From contig CM119371.1 of assembly GCA_051294905.1 (NCBI GenBank), forward strand, positions 38,132,001 through 38,196,000: a DNA stretch of 64,000 nt, given 5' to 3'. Both the position numbers and the translations under genes were made by a program. The notes beneath the pieces are model-generated. The model saw only the letters and a program-made list of their open reading frames with translations. It was not told where the DNA came from and made no database searches. Shown piece by piece: positions 35,301-46,876 of this stretch. The stretch is from Botryllus schlosseri (lineage: Eukaryota). Position 1 is the stretch's first letter, and every line of letters begins with the position of its first letter.

Positions 35301-38300
35301 AAAGTCTGAGAGCTGTTTTATCGCATGCCTTGACGAAGCTCGAAGCTCTAAACCAGTGGTTTTTAACTTTTTCATATCGTTAGTAAAGTGTATCGATTTT
35401 TTGTGTAACACACGCACCTGAATGGTTGGTAGATACTTGAACTTTGAATAGGCATGTTTGCTATAGTGCATCAAGCTGTTGTAATCGTAGATGACCAAGT
35501 TTCTCGTGTTCTTGTGCACTTCGAAATTTGGCCACATATCTGAATGTCAAGGAAATGTCTGAGAAACTGCCGAACCAAAGCTACAGTCTGCTATTTACCG
35601 CTAAGAATGTTCTGTTTCAGGATGGTGACGTATTTGTCACGGTCACTTCTAGAATGTTCATGTAAAAATCCGAGTACGTGCATGAATTGGTGAGCGATTA
35701 TTCCTTTCGTGAGGCAGCCGGGCCTTCCCAAAGAAACTGTCTGAGCAGAGTAGCCCGTCTTGCCGACGTACGCCCAGCACCTGCAGAAATGAGCATCAGT
35801 GATTGAATGAAAACCGCATTCGTGAATTGAATGGTACTCGCGACAAGGCGTCTCTGGCATCGCAAGATTGAAACTACCATGACCAATAGGACAAAATAGT
35901 CCTGGTACCGTGTTTGAAAACTGCCAGTATTTGTAGTGTCATTATTCATTGACCGTCACTCGCGAAGAGTCTGGCAATCTCACAAGTAGGCACCTTTGAT
36001 AACTGCTAAATGTATGCGACCCCGCAGGTTTAGACTACTTGCGGTGATTGATACAGATCGTGGTCCAGTAATCTAGAACGTTCTATTATTCAGTAGAAAC
36101 TGAATTCAGCTACAGATACCGCTGTTGAGAAGTCTCGCGCACCCCGTTTTATCCGTGATGTAAATGTAGGATATTTCCGACTTGCCGGGCACAAATCTGA
36201 TGCAAGTGTGCCTGTGGAAAAGAGACATTGCGCTCTTTATGATCGCTCGCTCAGTGTTGTCTAAAACAGATGTAATACGGCTGTTTGCACGACGATGTTC
36301 TGATAGCGATCTCAACTCACTGTAATATTTGTTAATCTTGTAGGGAATCGGAACCATTCCGGCCAGGCTTCCAAATCTGCTTTTCGGCCAAGTGTCGCCA
36401 GCAGCGTTGCGGAACTGAAATCAAAAATGATTTTGAAAATTTGGTGATTACCATACGCCAACCATTATCGTGTGCGTCACGCAGGGCTGCGTTGTCGTGG
36501 AGTTGGGGTTTCGGTAAATTTTCTCTTGTTGTAGGAGGCCCAAAAAATTTGTAGCACTCCTCGGAGCCGGGGAAGCATACACTGGCTGGAGTTGGAGTCG
36601 AGTTTGTTAAAATGCTCCGACTAAATCGAACCAAATGTTACCAAAAAGTGCCGTTGCAACTAAAGAATTCCTCAAGTTTTTACGTCTTTGAACCACCACA
36701 AACTCAATTTCTCTCTGTAAGTACAGTTTTCATAATTTCTGTGAACCATACATGTCTAAAAAATGTAATGGAGGCATAATTTTCCGAGTAGATTTACAGG
36801 AATGCCAGAGTTGGAGTTCTGTGAAGAAAATATCAAGAGTTGAAGCTGGAGTCGATGAATTTAAAATTCCCGGAGTCGGTATCTTGGAAAAGTCTCGAGT
36901 CGGAGTCTGTGATAAAAGAAACCAGCTCCACTCCACAGTAGGGCTGTTTAAAAATAACTTTTTTTCCTGATTCCAGCCATTCACTGATTAAATTGTCAGG
37001 TTACCATAACAAAGGCTGCACACCAAATTTGGTTCAATTCTAACAAGTCTAAGCGTCCGCAGAGCCAATTAACAATTTCAATTTACTACGTAAAATAAAA
37101 CAAAAATTTCAAATTTTTCTGTCAACCCCATGAAATTGTCGAGTTGTCTTCAAAAAGGCTGCAAAACAAATTTGACTCAATTCCAATCCGTACAAGCGGA
37201 GTTATTGAGTTTTACGTTGATAATTCTCGGATTATCCACCGATCAAGCATAAGCCGAGAATTATCAACGAAAAACTCTAATAACCCCGCTTCTACTAATT
37301 GGAATTAAGTCAAATTCGGATTATGAATAAAATAGTATTTACGGTAGGCTTACCATACGTCCTCTTTTAAGAGGATTTGTCCTCTTTTTTGACTTTTTTG
37401 AAAGTGTCCTCGGAGGACGCCCTTTTGTCCTCTTTTTTGAGATTTTGTCCTCATTTTTGAAAATTTAGGTCAGATTTAGAGGAAATTGCGAGTGATATGC
37501 CGCAAATTAGCGCAAAAGTGGAGCTGCGGCGGGTATTTCGGAGGGAAAAGCGGTGATTTTAGCTTTTTTTAGCAATGTGGAGAGAAAAACGTTATTTTGA
37601 GCTCTGAGCGGAAGTGATGACCTTTTTTTTTTAGTCAACCGATCACGAAGTGGGAAAAATTTACCGGTTTTTGAGAATTCTTCTCCAGTTTTGCATGTCT
37701 GAAATTTCTGAAAAAGTGTCCTCTTTTTACATTTCCAAAATATGGTAAGCCTAATTTACGGTGACCAATTCTTTAATTATTTATGAAAGTGGTGCTCACC
37801 GTAAATACTATTTTATTCAAATCCAACTTTTTCGACGGCAATAACTCCGCTTCCACTGGTTGGAATTGAACCAAATTTGGTGAGCATCGTTTCTATAGGC
37901 AGCCTAACACTTTCACGGGGTGAACAGAAAATTTTCAAATTTTTTGTTATTTATTTTTATATAATAAATAGAAACTTTTTTCTCCTGTAGCAATGCGGCT
38001 ACTGGCTGGAATTGAACCAAATTCGGTGTGTAAGTTTAAATTAGGTAACCTAACAAATTTATCAAGTAGCCAGTACAATTTGAGAAAAAAAGTCATTTTT
38101 GAACACCCCTAATTCACATATGCCGTATTATTACCATACGACAGTGTTGTTATCGTTTCACTATATAGTCCTCATTAGGAGCAAGTCAGTGGTATTGAGA
38201 CCCATTCCCAAGAAGGCAAAAATGGCACATCAAGTTCAGAGTTTTACGGAAATGAGGAACAAAATGTAGTTATTCACAGAAGCGAAGACGCCAATGGGAA

Positions 38301-41300
38301 ACAATAATATGGCGGGTACATGGGGCCTAAAATATAGTTACACAAAATGGTCAGACTACGTTTGCAGTTGAATTTCCTGTATTCCTGATAACGTACACTC
38401 ATGGCTAACTCGAGATCAAAGGGAGCATTGAAATATGCCAACTCATATCATCGTTAGAGCTACTGTATTTAACCAGCCAATTACCGTATTCAGCCAATTA
38501 CGTTATTTACGGATAACGGTGTTGCTATAGATTAGAATCCCTATGATCCGACATATAATATTAGACTATCACTTCAGTTCAGTTTAATATTTAAAAGTAC
38601 TTTATACAGCTTCTGTTCTTGATGTTTTTGCGGCGTATAAACTAACTCACGAATCACGATATACATACACACGATCTGCGCATATGCGTATGCATACCAT
38701 GAGTGCATGAAGAGCATATGCCACCCAACAAGGTGCAGATATAGCCTTGTAAGGCTTTCAAAATTTTGCACTACCCCTCCATGCTATCCCGGAAATGCTG
38801 AGCTCCAAGCAGGGAAGTCACAGATACCAATTTGACTGATCAGGTCTTTGGTCTGACCCGGCCAAGGATTGAACCCACGACCGAGCGATCAAAAAGAGAG
38901 CTAGACTCTCCACCATTACGCTATCTCGTCGTAGTCATGTAGCCTACTAACAAGCTTGCATTATTTCGCAAGTGGTTCTGTTTTCAGACTACAATTCAAC
39001 TTGTTCTTCGCGGATTTTGGCGCATACCTGCTTACCTCTCACACTCTGCATTAAGAAATAGGAGGAAATAGTTTTGTGATAAGTCCGCATATGCTTTTGT
39101 GAATGAAACTGCCATAAGAATCGTGTGAAATATTCCCTGTATCACAACGATTGAATAATGAATTTATTATCGTGTATCTATTCTACAGTGAATATAGTCA
39201 TTGGCTGCTGGTAGCGGGGATTCATCCTGCAATTTTGAAAGTAGCCCCCCCCCCCCCCCCCGCCAATAAACTGCTGAAAGTATTCACACCCTCGATCAAT
39301 TCTACTATTTGAAACTACCTCCACTTGAAGTTATTCTGACGTGTTTTGGAAATTACTACTCCTGCTATAATTTACAGCATTACTTCTACTTGCGTAGCTA
39401 CACTGATTACTTGGATCACCTGTGGTTGGATAAATGCCAATACCGTTGTCACACACTTACAATATTGAAACGCATGTCTCCTTCGACGATGCCAGACACG
39501 CTGATGCCTGAAATCATAAACAGCAACGATTAGGGAAGGCATGAAAGAATTATTCCCTAGAGAGAATATAAACTGGCATTTTTCTGAGTAAAATTTAAAA
39601 CCGAGCCGCTCATTTTATCGCTGTCGACTTCAGCTGAAAAATCAGATGCTTGAATCAAACCAGTAAGCCAGTAATGTTGACAAAACGTCACACTATGACA
39701 CACTTTCAAACACACCAATCGTAGCATTCATAATGACACCTTCGTTTTCCTTTAATATCTGTGAAAATGTGTCCGTGGTTCGTAACTGATTGTGCTTCGA
39801 CAACTCTTCGGGGTTGTTCGGGTCGATAGGACGGCTTTCAAACACTTGCTGTCCGAACTCCTCAAAATGACGGATTTCGACAGTTCTGAAAGAAATGCTC
39901 GGCTTATTATTCATTCGGAGACTCCCTTGTTTGCTGCTGGTAACTCACATACACACACTCCTCACTCTAATGTTAGTATTAATGGTCTTTCCATTACACC
40001 ACGCCTAAATTCTGTACCAAGATTTATGAGCTGGCGACTTTTAAAACGGCCCATTTGTTTTCCATGCACAGGTGTATCATTGGTGTGCCATGCCTGAACA
40101 ATTTCCCAGCACTTGGTTGGCTAATTTCTCTCTCTTCGCCATCATATCTCCCTGAACTCTTTGTCAGCTTTCAATTTGTACTATCCTAATGCTTTGATTG
40201 TCAATGAATAATTATATCTATGTTTTTTTTTTTTATATTACGCGTGATCATATTAAGAGTGACAAAAATGAGTATATTATGAATCCGAGGCCTTCGATAT
40301 CACCCATGAGTTTCACTGACGTCAAGTGAACCCGACTTGAACAGTAAACACCATGACTTTGACTCGGGCTTAACTCATGAATCAAATATGACTTGACTCG
40401 AGTCTAAACTACAAATGAAAAATTGACTTGCGACTCGGACCCTTGTGACTTGGTTACAGCCCTGCTCTCTACCATTTTCCTTCTAGGACTTTGTAAGCGA
40501 CTGCTTATGCGGATCAAGGGTCAGAGAGGAGCGTAAATAAGCCTCGAGCTCAAGCAGGAAGTCAACTAGTTTTTTACCGATAGCCTACCCAATCATATAA
40601 TAAGGCCTGCGACGCTGCGAGGTAAAACGCTCGAAGGTTTTTATCGGTTAAATCGACTTTCCATTAATCGGTAGATATATTTCCACTGATTTTGGAAATA
40701 TATATCGTTTTGGCAGAAAATGCGTATTTTTCAAGATATTTTATCGCAGATTCCAGAAAAGAAATGCGATGTTGCAGCCTGTACCGCACATCATCGGTGT
40801 ATAGTAAACTATACTTCCGAGGTCCGATTGATATCATCAAATACTGACCACAATGTGGAAATTTGAAACACATTGCCAAATGTGAGCCAAAGCATTGATT
40901 ACTAATCCTGTTACAGACGCCCTCCAAGACTGAACAATTTCAAGGAATTGCGTTCAAACCCCATGAAAATGCTATTATATTCTTTATCGAATCTGATAAT
41001 CATGACTTAATCTTGAATATAGGCTGATTTGAAATTAACAACTGCGTTCATGGTTTACTGAATCAAACTGACTATATTCGTAGTCTGCAGAGTTTGCTTG
41101 GTCGTCTGTACATAGGCCTACTACTGGGCCTGGGGTATAGGAAAAGCCAATGTTTACCTACTTGACTAGTTTAGTCACTAATTAACTGTTTTAAGAAGAC
41201 TGCTAAGGGTTAAGGAAGCACACTCTCTGAATATTTGTATCATTAGCTTCCAAAAAGAAGCATACGTCAAAGTGGGTTTCAGGATAGTGTTTGGACCCAC

Positions 41301-43436
41301 TTAGGTAACGGCCAAAAAGAAGTCAGCCATCCCGGAGTTCTATATATCCCAGTACAGAAACTAAGGTTTCGTTGCATGCGTTCCCCATAAAAGAGTCTGA
41401 ACCCGTATGGAACAAGGCATGGGTTGATACGGTTAGGAGAACGAAAAAAGACTGGGTGAGAACGCGAGAAAAACCATCCGCCTTCTCTAGCTGTGTTTTG
41501 TGTTCCAGCCATTTTTAACAGGGATGCTTTGTGCCCATAAACGAATTTCACATGCAGACTGGTGTATTCATCAGAAGGAATATACAATGTGATCCTAACC
41601 TTGTAATTTTCTCCCAGTCTTCATCCTTCTCCTCAATTTCTTCTACGGTCTCCTCGTAGTCCTCAAACACTTGCCTGAAGTGGCTGATTGCGGCGTTCGA
41701 GCCAGTATTATTTTCGGGTTTTAGGATAGTCGCCTCTAGGTTGTTGTCGCGAATCATTTTCTGGTCGCCGTGACATCCTCCGAGCGGACACTCTTCCTCG
41801 TCTGAAAGTAACGGGCTTTTATGAAACCGTGGATCGGATTTAATAATAACGATATATGATTTAAATGTTTCTGCATGGGAATTTGTGTCAATCAACATTT
41901 CGGGAAATTTGCGACGAAAGCGATCAAACATTGATGCCAACAGTTGGACAGCCACAGGTGAACACTTGCCAAGTCACCAGTAAACCAATGAATAACTTGT
42001 GCTTATGCCTGAAATGTGATGTTCCATTATCAGAAAAGATTCGCTTTGTCATAAATATGACAGATAGTCCATAAAATAGCAATTGAACTTGGAAGACGCA
42101 TATCATAATATTTACCAATCATAAAATGCATAGTATGTGGACTGCAAAACGAATTATACTTGAATAAGAGCTATAAGGACAGTGCGGGTAGTAATTGCAG
42201 ATAGCACGGTGTTATTTCGTATAATCCTAATATAATGTGGTGACATAATTGAAGGCAATACTAGGCAACCAACATCACATCCACACCCACGGAGTGCGAG
42301 ATCACAGACAATTAACGAAAACTGCAGCCGTCTGCAAGCAATCATCAGCTGTCAAACCCATTGAAAAAAGACTCAAAACTGAACCTTGCTTAAAATCTTC
42401 ATCGAATACCAAACGCTCTCTCGAAGTGAGCTGGACTCAGCCTGTGCTCCGTTGAGCACGACTCGAGTGTGAGATCGAGGCGTGCCTCTGAATACTGACC
42501 TTTCACTCAAGTTGATGACAAAATGTATGTTTACGTATCATTGAAAGTGATTTTCCCGAGATAAGGCTTGCTGAAATATGTGTGCGTCGCTAATAACTCG
42601 TCCACAATGAAGTGCGATAATGCTGATTATTGGTGAACAAAGCGTATTATTGCATCTGCGGACTCGAGTGAGGTTTTAAGATGATAATTCAACGTATCAG
42701 CTCGCAATTTGCTCACCAAAGAATCTGTCGACTCTTTAAATTTTGGAGATGAGATTTTATTATGATATTCGCGAGTTTGGTATCAGTGCATAATGAATGT
42801 GCTGATCCTGCCACGTTATTATTGTTTTGTCAGACATGGAATGAAAAAAATCGAAGCTTTGCAGCGAAAGCTAATATTTCTTCTATTTTTCATTCGCAAA
42901 ATTCTACATACAGTTTTACTAGGCCTAGCCTATATATTAATCCATTTATTACTATTTATTTGTTTTTTTAATGTATTATTATCATGTTCCAATTTTTTTC
43001 AAACAAAATATTTTATCCAGTCGAGCATGAAATTTCAAGAGTAGTTGATATCGCATTCTTATACTTCCAAAAATCGCTTTCATTTATACTTTTGACAGAG
43101 TTTCCGATATTTTTAAGTCTTACCGTGTATTAAACCTAAAGTTGATAGGCTGCTACAAGCCACGGCCGGGGTAGGGTACAAAAAGTGATTAACTTACGAA
43201 TAGTATCGAAATACAACCATTGACGGAAAGTATTCATTTTAAAACATGTCAGCCCACATAAAGTTTATGACATAATTGGAATATTCATCATGAAATTCCC
43301 AAAGGCAGCGGCTAATACTATGAGAATCAACAGACGGAATAAAAAATGAACTTTTACCTTCAGCGAAGACTCCTGAAGCTGATAGTATTGCTACGATGCA
43401 TAGTGAATATAATATCCGCATCCGCATATCGAGCAT
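26302..43436 (-). CDS. Multi-exon astacin-family (M12A) metalloprotease-like gene: signal peptide, propeptide, astacin (E->Q), CUB, MAM, Thr/Pro-rich tail
   Basis: Phase-consistent spliced exons give [40 protein letters not shown] (Met-turn), then CUB ([21 protein letters not shown]) and MAM ([24 protein letters not shown]) motifs. The 5' junction and the astacin-CUB linker are not fully resolved. Confidence 0.9.
26505..27004 (-). mobile_element. hAT MITE, GACTCGAGTC family (reverse orientation, truncated)
   Basis: Reverse complement of the 21337-21934 element; ends AAACCCTG. Confidence 0.8.
27343..27547 (-). CDS. MAM end plus Thr/Pro-rich linker exon (FVQFYWEAF...GLDDIKI...[19 protein letters not shown])
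   Basis: ccacag acceptor and GTGAGT donor; LDDI.I MAM C-terminal motif. Confidence 0.88.
28101..28209 (-). CDS. MAM domain exon 3 ([36 protein letters not shown])
   Basis: tatttcag acceptor and GTATTT donor; LW...GN.GD.W MAM motif. Confidence 0.9.
28237..29311. mobile_element. hAT non-autonomous element in an astacin-gene intron
   Basis: Imperfect TIR CAGGCGCGTTGCCAG/CTGGCTACACGGCTG; perfect TSD tcagcacc. Confidence 0.85.
29493..29652 (-). CDS. MAM domain exon 2 ([53 protein letters not shown])
   Basis: gattcag acceptor and GTGAGC donor; GYYMYVES and F.YHM.G..G.L motifs; 61-nt upstream intron. Confidence 0.92.
29714..29920 (-). CDS. Linker plus MAM domain exon 1 (..[45 protein letters not shown])
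   Basis: attttcag acceptor and GTGAGA donor; MAM N-terminal motif. Confidence 0.92.
30408..30501 (-). CDS. CUB domain exon 3 ([31 protein letters not shown])
   Basis: tttttacag acceptor and GTGAGT donor; STGN..F.SD..GF.A.F CUB C-terminal motif. Confidence 0.9.
31052..31580. mobile_element. hAT MITE
   Basis: TIR CAGTGGTTCCCAACC; perfect TSD atttagta. Confidence 0.9.
32452..32555 (-). CDS. CUB domain exon 2 ([35 protein letters not shown])
   Basis: gttacag acceptor and GTGAGT donor; C..D...HDG...CG CUB motif. Confidence 0.9.
33036..33206 (-). CDS. CUB domain exon 1 ([56 protein letters not shown])
   Basis: Classic CUB N-terminal motif; ttccgcag acceptor; ends at a GC donor AAG|GCAAGC. Confidence 0.9.
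33484..33514 (-). CDS. Candidate 31-nt linker exon between astacin and CUB
   Basis: Strong tctttacag acceptor and GTAAGT donor, open in all three frames; phase requires an additional unidentified exon. Confidence 0.4.
35201..35294 (-). CDS. Astacin C-terminal exon ([31 protein letters not shown])
   Basis: ttccgcag acceptor and GTGAGT donor; IGQ...S..D....LY.C motif. Confidence 0.9.
35418..35539 (-). CDS. Astacin Met-turn exon (DMWPNF...[24 protein letters not shown])
   Basis: attcag acceptor and GTGCGT donor; YDYxSxMHY motif. Confidence 0.92.
35599..35780 (-). CDS. Astacin active-site exon (CWAYVGKTG...[30 protein letters not shown])
   Basis: ttctgcag acceptor and GTAAAT donor; astacin signature HExxHxxGFxHExxRxDRD with E replaced by Q. 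Confidence 0.95.
36143..36260 (-). CDS. Astacin exon ([40 protein letters not shown])
   Basis: ttttag acceptor, 60-nt upstream intron, TCIRF motif, phase-consistent. Confidence 0.9.
36321..36414 (-). CDS. Astacin exon ([31 protein letters not shown])
   Basis: gatttcag acceptor and GTGAGT donor; RNA activation site and WP...IPY motif. Confidence 0.9.
36939..38111. mobile_element. Foldback-type non-autonomous element with long degenerate inverted arms
   Basis: Ends TAGGGCTGTTTAAAAATAACTTTT / AAAAGTCATTTTTGAACACCCCTA; internal hairpins near 37170-37316 and 37322-37820. Confidence 0.6.
37345..37753. mobile_element. hAT MITE nested in the foldback element
   Basis: TIR TAGGCTTACCATA; perfect TSD atttacgg. 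Confidence 0.9.
38760..38928 (-). mobile_element. tRNA-derived SINE (Pol III A/B boxes)
   Basis: Minus strand has TAGCGTAATGG (A box) and GGTTCAATCC (B box) followed by GGCCGGGTCAGACCAAAGACC; the same core occurs near 55060-55105. Confidence 0.7.
39461..39507 (-). CDS. Astacin propeptide exon ([16 protein letters not shown])
   Basis: gatttcag acceptor and GTAAGT donor; conserved EGD (Asp-switch) propeptide motif. Confidence 0.85.
39740..39885 (-). CDS. Astacin propeptide exon (..[29 protein letters not shown])
   Basis: Acceptor tttctttcag; [10 protein letters not shown] resembles astacin prodomains; joins in phase 1 to the EGD exon. The donor GTGTCA is weak. Confidence 0.65.
43358..43436 (-). 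CDS. Probable first coding exon (signal peptide [26 protein letters not shown])
   Basis: ATG, basic n-region, hydrophobic core, VFA cleavage-like site, donor AG|GTAAAA. Its phase does not join directly to the 39885 exon, so a small exon is probably missing. Confidence 0.55.
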
Positions 43437-43710
43437 AGTATTGTGTATATTCCAGTTTTCTTAGATTTTGCAGTAAAATTGAGCATTCGTTACATTCAAG
43501 TCTAGGCTATATGATTTGGCTCTTGGCGTACCGAGATATTTTATAAAATATCAGCTGCCGTACGCAAGAGAAAAAAAAATGTTAGAATTTGTCTCATAGA
43601 TTTCTCGACTTGGATACAATTTTCCATTTTTTCGAAGATCAATATGCGGAAGATAATTAGCAGGTTACTTTCTACTTCCAATATGTAATTCGGACCGGTA
43701 TTCTTTAGTA

Positions 43711-46700
43711 CCGTAAACCGGGGTAACTTTGGACAATTTTCAACAATTCCGCTTTGTATCTCGGAAATGCTGGAGTGTAGGGGAGGCAAGTTTTGTGTTT
43801 TTTAGGGGTCATGGAGCATAGATTAGAATTACCTAATCCAAAATCTTCATGGTCATAAATAAGTACCTTATTTTTGTAAATTATCCGTGTCCAAAGTTAT
43901 CCCTGCATGTGGGGTAACTTTGGACAATGTAGTTTTTTGTATGCCTTTACACTCAATTGTTTATGAAACCTAGTAAATGAGGCTTATTTGGTAAGAGTTG
44001 ATGAGAGCAGTGGCAAAAACTGAAACAAAATAGTATATGTCTGGCCTATTGCATGATATTTACCTACCCCCCCCCCCCAAAAAAAAAGTATATAGGTAGT
44101 TTATGAAGGCTAATGGGCTCTTATTCATCTCTTATCTCAATTTTCCCTCATGCCTTCGCCAATTGGAACTTATAAATAACGTATGGTGATAAGGGGTATC
44201 CCACTGGCAGTGTCAGCAATCGACAGCGAACGTTAAACATGTTAACGTGGTTTATTGCCGATTTCAAATATATTACTGTTCTTTAAAAGATACACTTTCC
44301 CTTTCCTATCTCCTCTGATGGATATATTTGTCGTCATTTACAATATCCCATATTCAGCAGGCGCATCTTTAGGAGTATGTGATAAGTTTTTGAAGTAGCT
44401 TACACCGGATTACAATCTCTCAGCTCATTGCCTACCAATTTTTTAATATTTTGGAAAACTCTTATTTAGTAACCTTCTCATTCTATTTTAAAAAGCCATC
44501 AGACCGGTAATAAGGAATATAGTTGACCATACACTTTGACACAGATGAAGCAGCCACTTTCCAGAGCTCTAAATATCACATTTTCCACTGTCCAAAGTTA
44601 CCCCGTTCTGATAAAATTTGATGGGGTAACTTTGGACATCACATTTTCTTGTAGTGATCTAAGGATGAGCCCGCTGAGATTTTTGCCATGGATTAAGACT
44701 GCTGAGAGGCAGTGGCGGCTCGTCCTATAGGGCAACTGGGGCATTGCCCCACCAAACATTCTGTTCAATAACAATTCTTTACCATTTATAAACTCACAGC
44801 AATCTATATATACCGAAATCACAGCGAAAATCGTATTCTTCTTGTCCTTTCGCTTGTAAATGCCCATAAATAGCGAAGTCTCTGCGAAAATCGAATTCTC
44901 TTCTGTGTATTCGCTTTGCGAATGCCTAGCCGGGGCATGCCCCGGTAGCGCTCATAACAAGCTTTCACTGTCTATTCTCTCAAAGCCGCGCACAATAAAG
45001 AAACACTAATTTACTCTCTCATATTCATAAAATTACCGAGCAACCGGGGCACAATAGGTCTGTGCCCCTAAGGTGTGATGTAACAATCGTATCTATATCT
45101 GAACTCGGTTACCGTCATATGCTTTTAATCGACCTTTGCTGGTATAGGTCGATTTTGATGGTGTTTCACAGCATGAAAACTGTTGAAACTTGGTATGTCA
45201 AGTCGTGATGGTGATATTTAACTCTGCCCCAAGTTTCAGGGTTTCTACTTAAAGTTTAGGGTAGTAATTCCGGTTCCGAAGTTGAGTATGTGCTGATCCG
45301 TCATGTATCGCAAACAGATTTTACTCCGAAGCCGGTATTGGTATCCATTGATTTTGACGATGTTCAATACCGAGATCGGTCATGACATTTGGTACGGTAA
45401 GTCTTAATGTTAGTATCGAACGCTGTACCAAGTTTTAAGTTTGTCACTGAACTACGTTAGTGGTAATTTCGTTTCGTAAGTCGAGTGAGAGCTGACTCGT
45501 CATTTATCGCTAACAGATTTTACGCAAAGCCGGTATTGGTCTCTATTGATTTTAACGATGCTCCTTACTTAGATCCGTCATAAGCTTTTGCAGCGTATGT
45601 CTTGATTTTAGTATCGAACACTGTGCCAAGTCTCAAGGTTGACGCTCAATGATTAGGGCAGTAATTTCGTTATCAAGGTCGAGTATGGTAGAGATGTGCT
45701 CTGATCTGACACTTTAGCCTACAACGCATTGCGGATTTCCCGCAAAAGCCGGTGTATCGGTGGTAACGTTAACTGTGTTCCATACTGAGATAGGTGAAGA
45801 GATGATGATATCATTCTCAGTTTGCATTCAAATATTTACTTTGATATTATATTCTCCAATGTCAATTTCACCAAGCCATTTGCTTACAACCCCCTGTCAA
45901 GCGCGATAGCTATTTCGTTTTCGATGGCGGCTAACGGCTGATCACTTGATCAGCCTATTCCTCAGTAAATTTTACGCAAAATTCGGTCGTTCGCAATAAT
46001 TTTGACAGTGTACCATACCGAAAGGGCCATGAGGCTACTTCTCGATGATGTCATGTAACAGTGCACTAAATTTACGGCTTTCATCCACGTATTTATTCGG
46101 TAATATATTTTCTAAAGGCGATTTCGCAGCAGACCTATAGACAGCAATAAAGCCGTATGTGTCGTGTTACAGTCTCCAGTTTCAAGGCCAAAATCTCCTA
46201 TGCTGTACCGAGACCGAATTTCCGAGGCTGCTATTCTTAGTTCTTCAGAATGATGTTTTGGATTCAATATGGCAGGCCCAATGTATGAGATAACAATTGC
46301 GTATGTGTGTGTCCGAACTCGTTGACCTTTCCAATTAGGCTTACGCAATCTCTCGAGTTATAGTCATTTCCATTTCTGCAGATAATTAGTCAGGTCTAGT
46401 GCTAACGTCAACCGTGTTGAATCTCGGGATCAGGAAATTCATGTTACCGTACCATCATTAAGTTACTTGTTCACCAGTTCACGTTAAGGAAAACGCCATT
46501 GTGACGTCATCTTGATAAAAAGTCGCATGCAGCCCTTGCCCCACCACCCGATATTGTCACGAGCCGCCACTGCTGAGAGGTATCTGCTGCCAAGTTTTCA
46601 ATCGATGAATCACATGCTATCCATGTTTGGTTGTAAGAAGTTGAATGGCCATTAATTTTGATGAAATTGACCCCAGCCATTAATTTATCAATGTTGGGTC

Positions 46701-46876
46701 AAGTTTATCTGGTAGTGAAATGAATCCACCTTCTATTGAGACTACTTGTGGCACTGTTGCCACATGAAAAAGAATTGGACATCCAGCGGCAACCCTTTTC
46801 CATCAATAACCATTTAAATCTTTTACTGCTTAGTGTCCAAAGTTACCCTTAAGTCCAAAGTTACCCCGGTTTACGG
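43711..46876. mobile_element. Tc1/mariner-pogo-type non-autonomous element
   Basis: TIR CCGTAAACCGGGGTAACTTTGGAC at both ends, flanked by TA; internal GGGGTAACTTTGGAC copies. Confidence 0.88.
44710..46572. mobile_element. hAT element nested in the Tc1/pogo-type element, with ~180-200-bp degenerate tandem repeats (~45130-45800)
   Basis: TIR CAGTGGCGGCTCGT; perfect TSD ctgagagg. Confidence 0.9.

Noticed and set aside
38843..38928. tRNA gene
   Set aside because: A and B boxes are present but there is no clean cloverleaf, and it is followed by a SINE core shared with a second copy.
43124..43135. 12-nt micro-exon candidate (ttag|GTTTAATACACG|gtaaga) after the signal-peptide exon
   Set aside because: Splice sites are plausible, but it does not resolve the phase mismatch and cannot be supported without cDNA.
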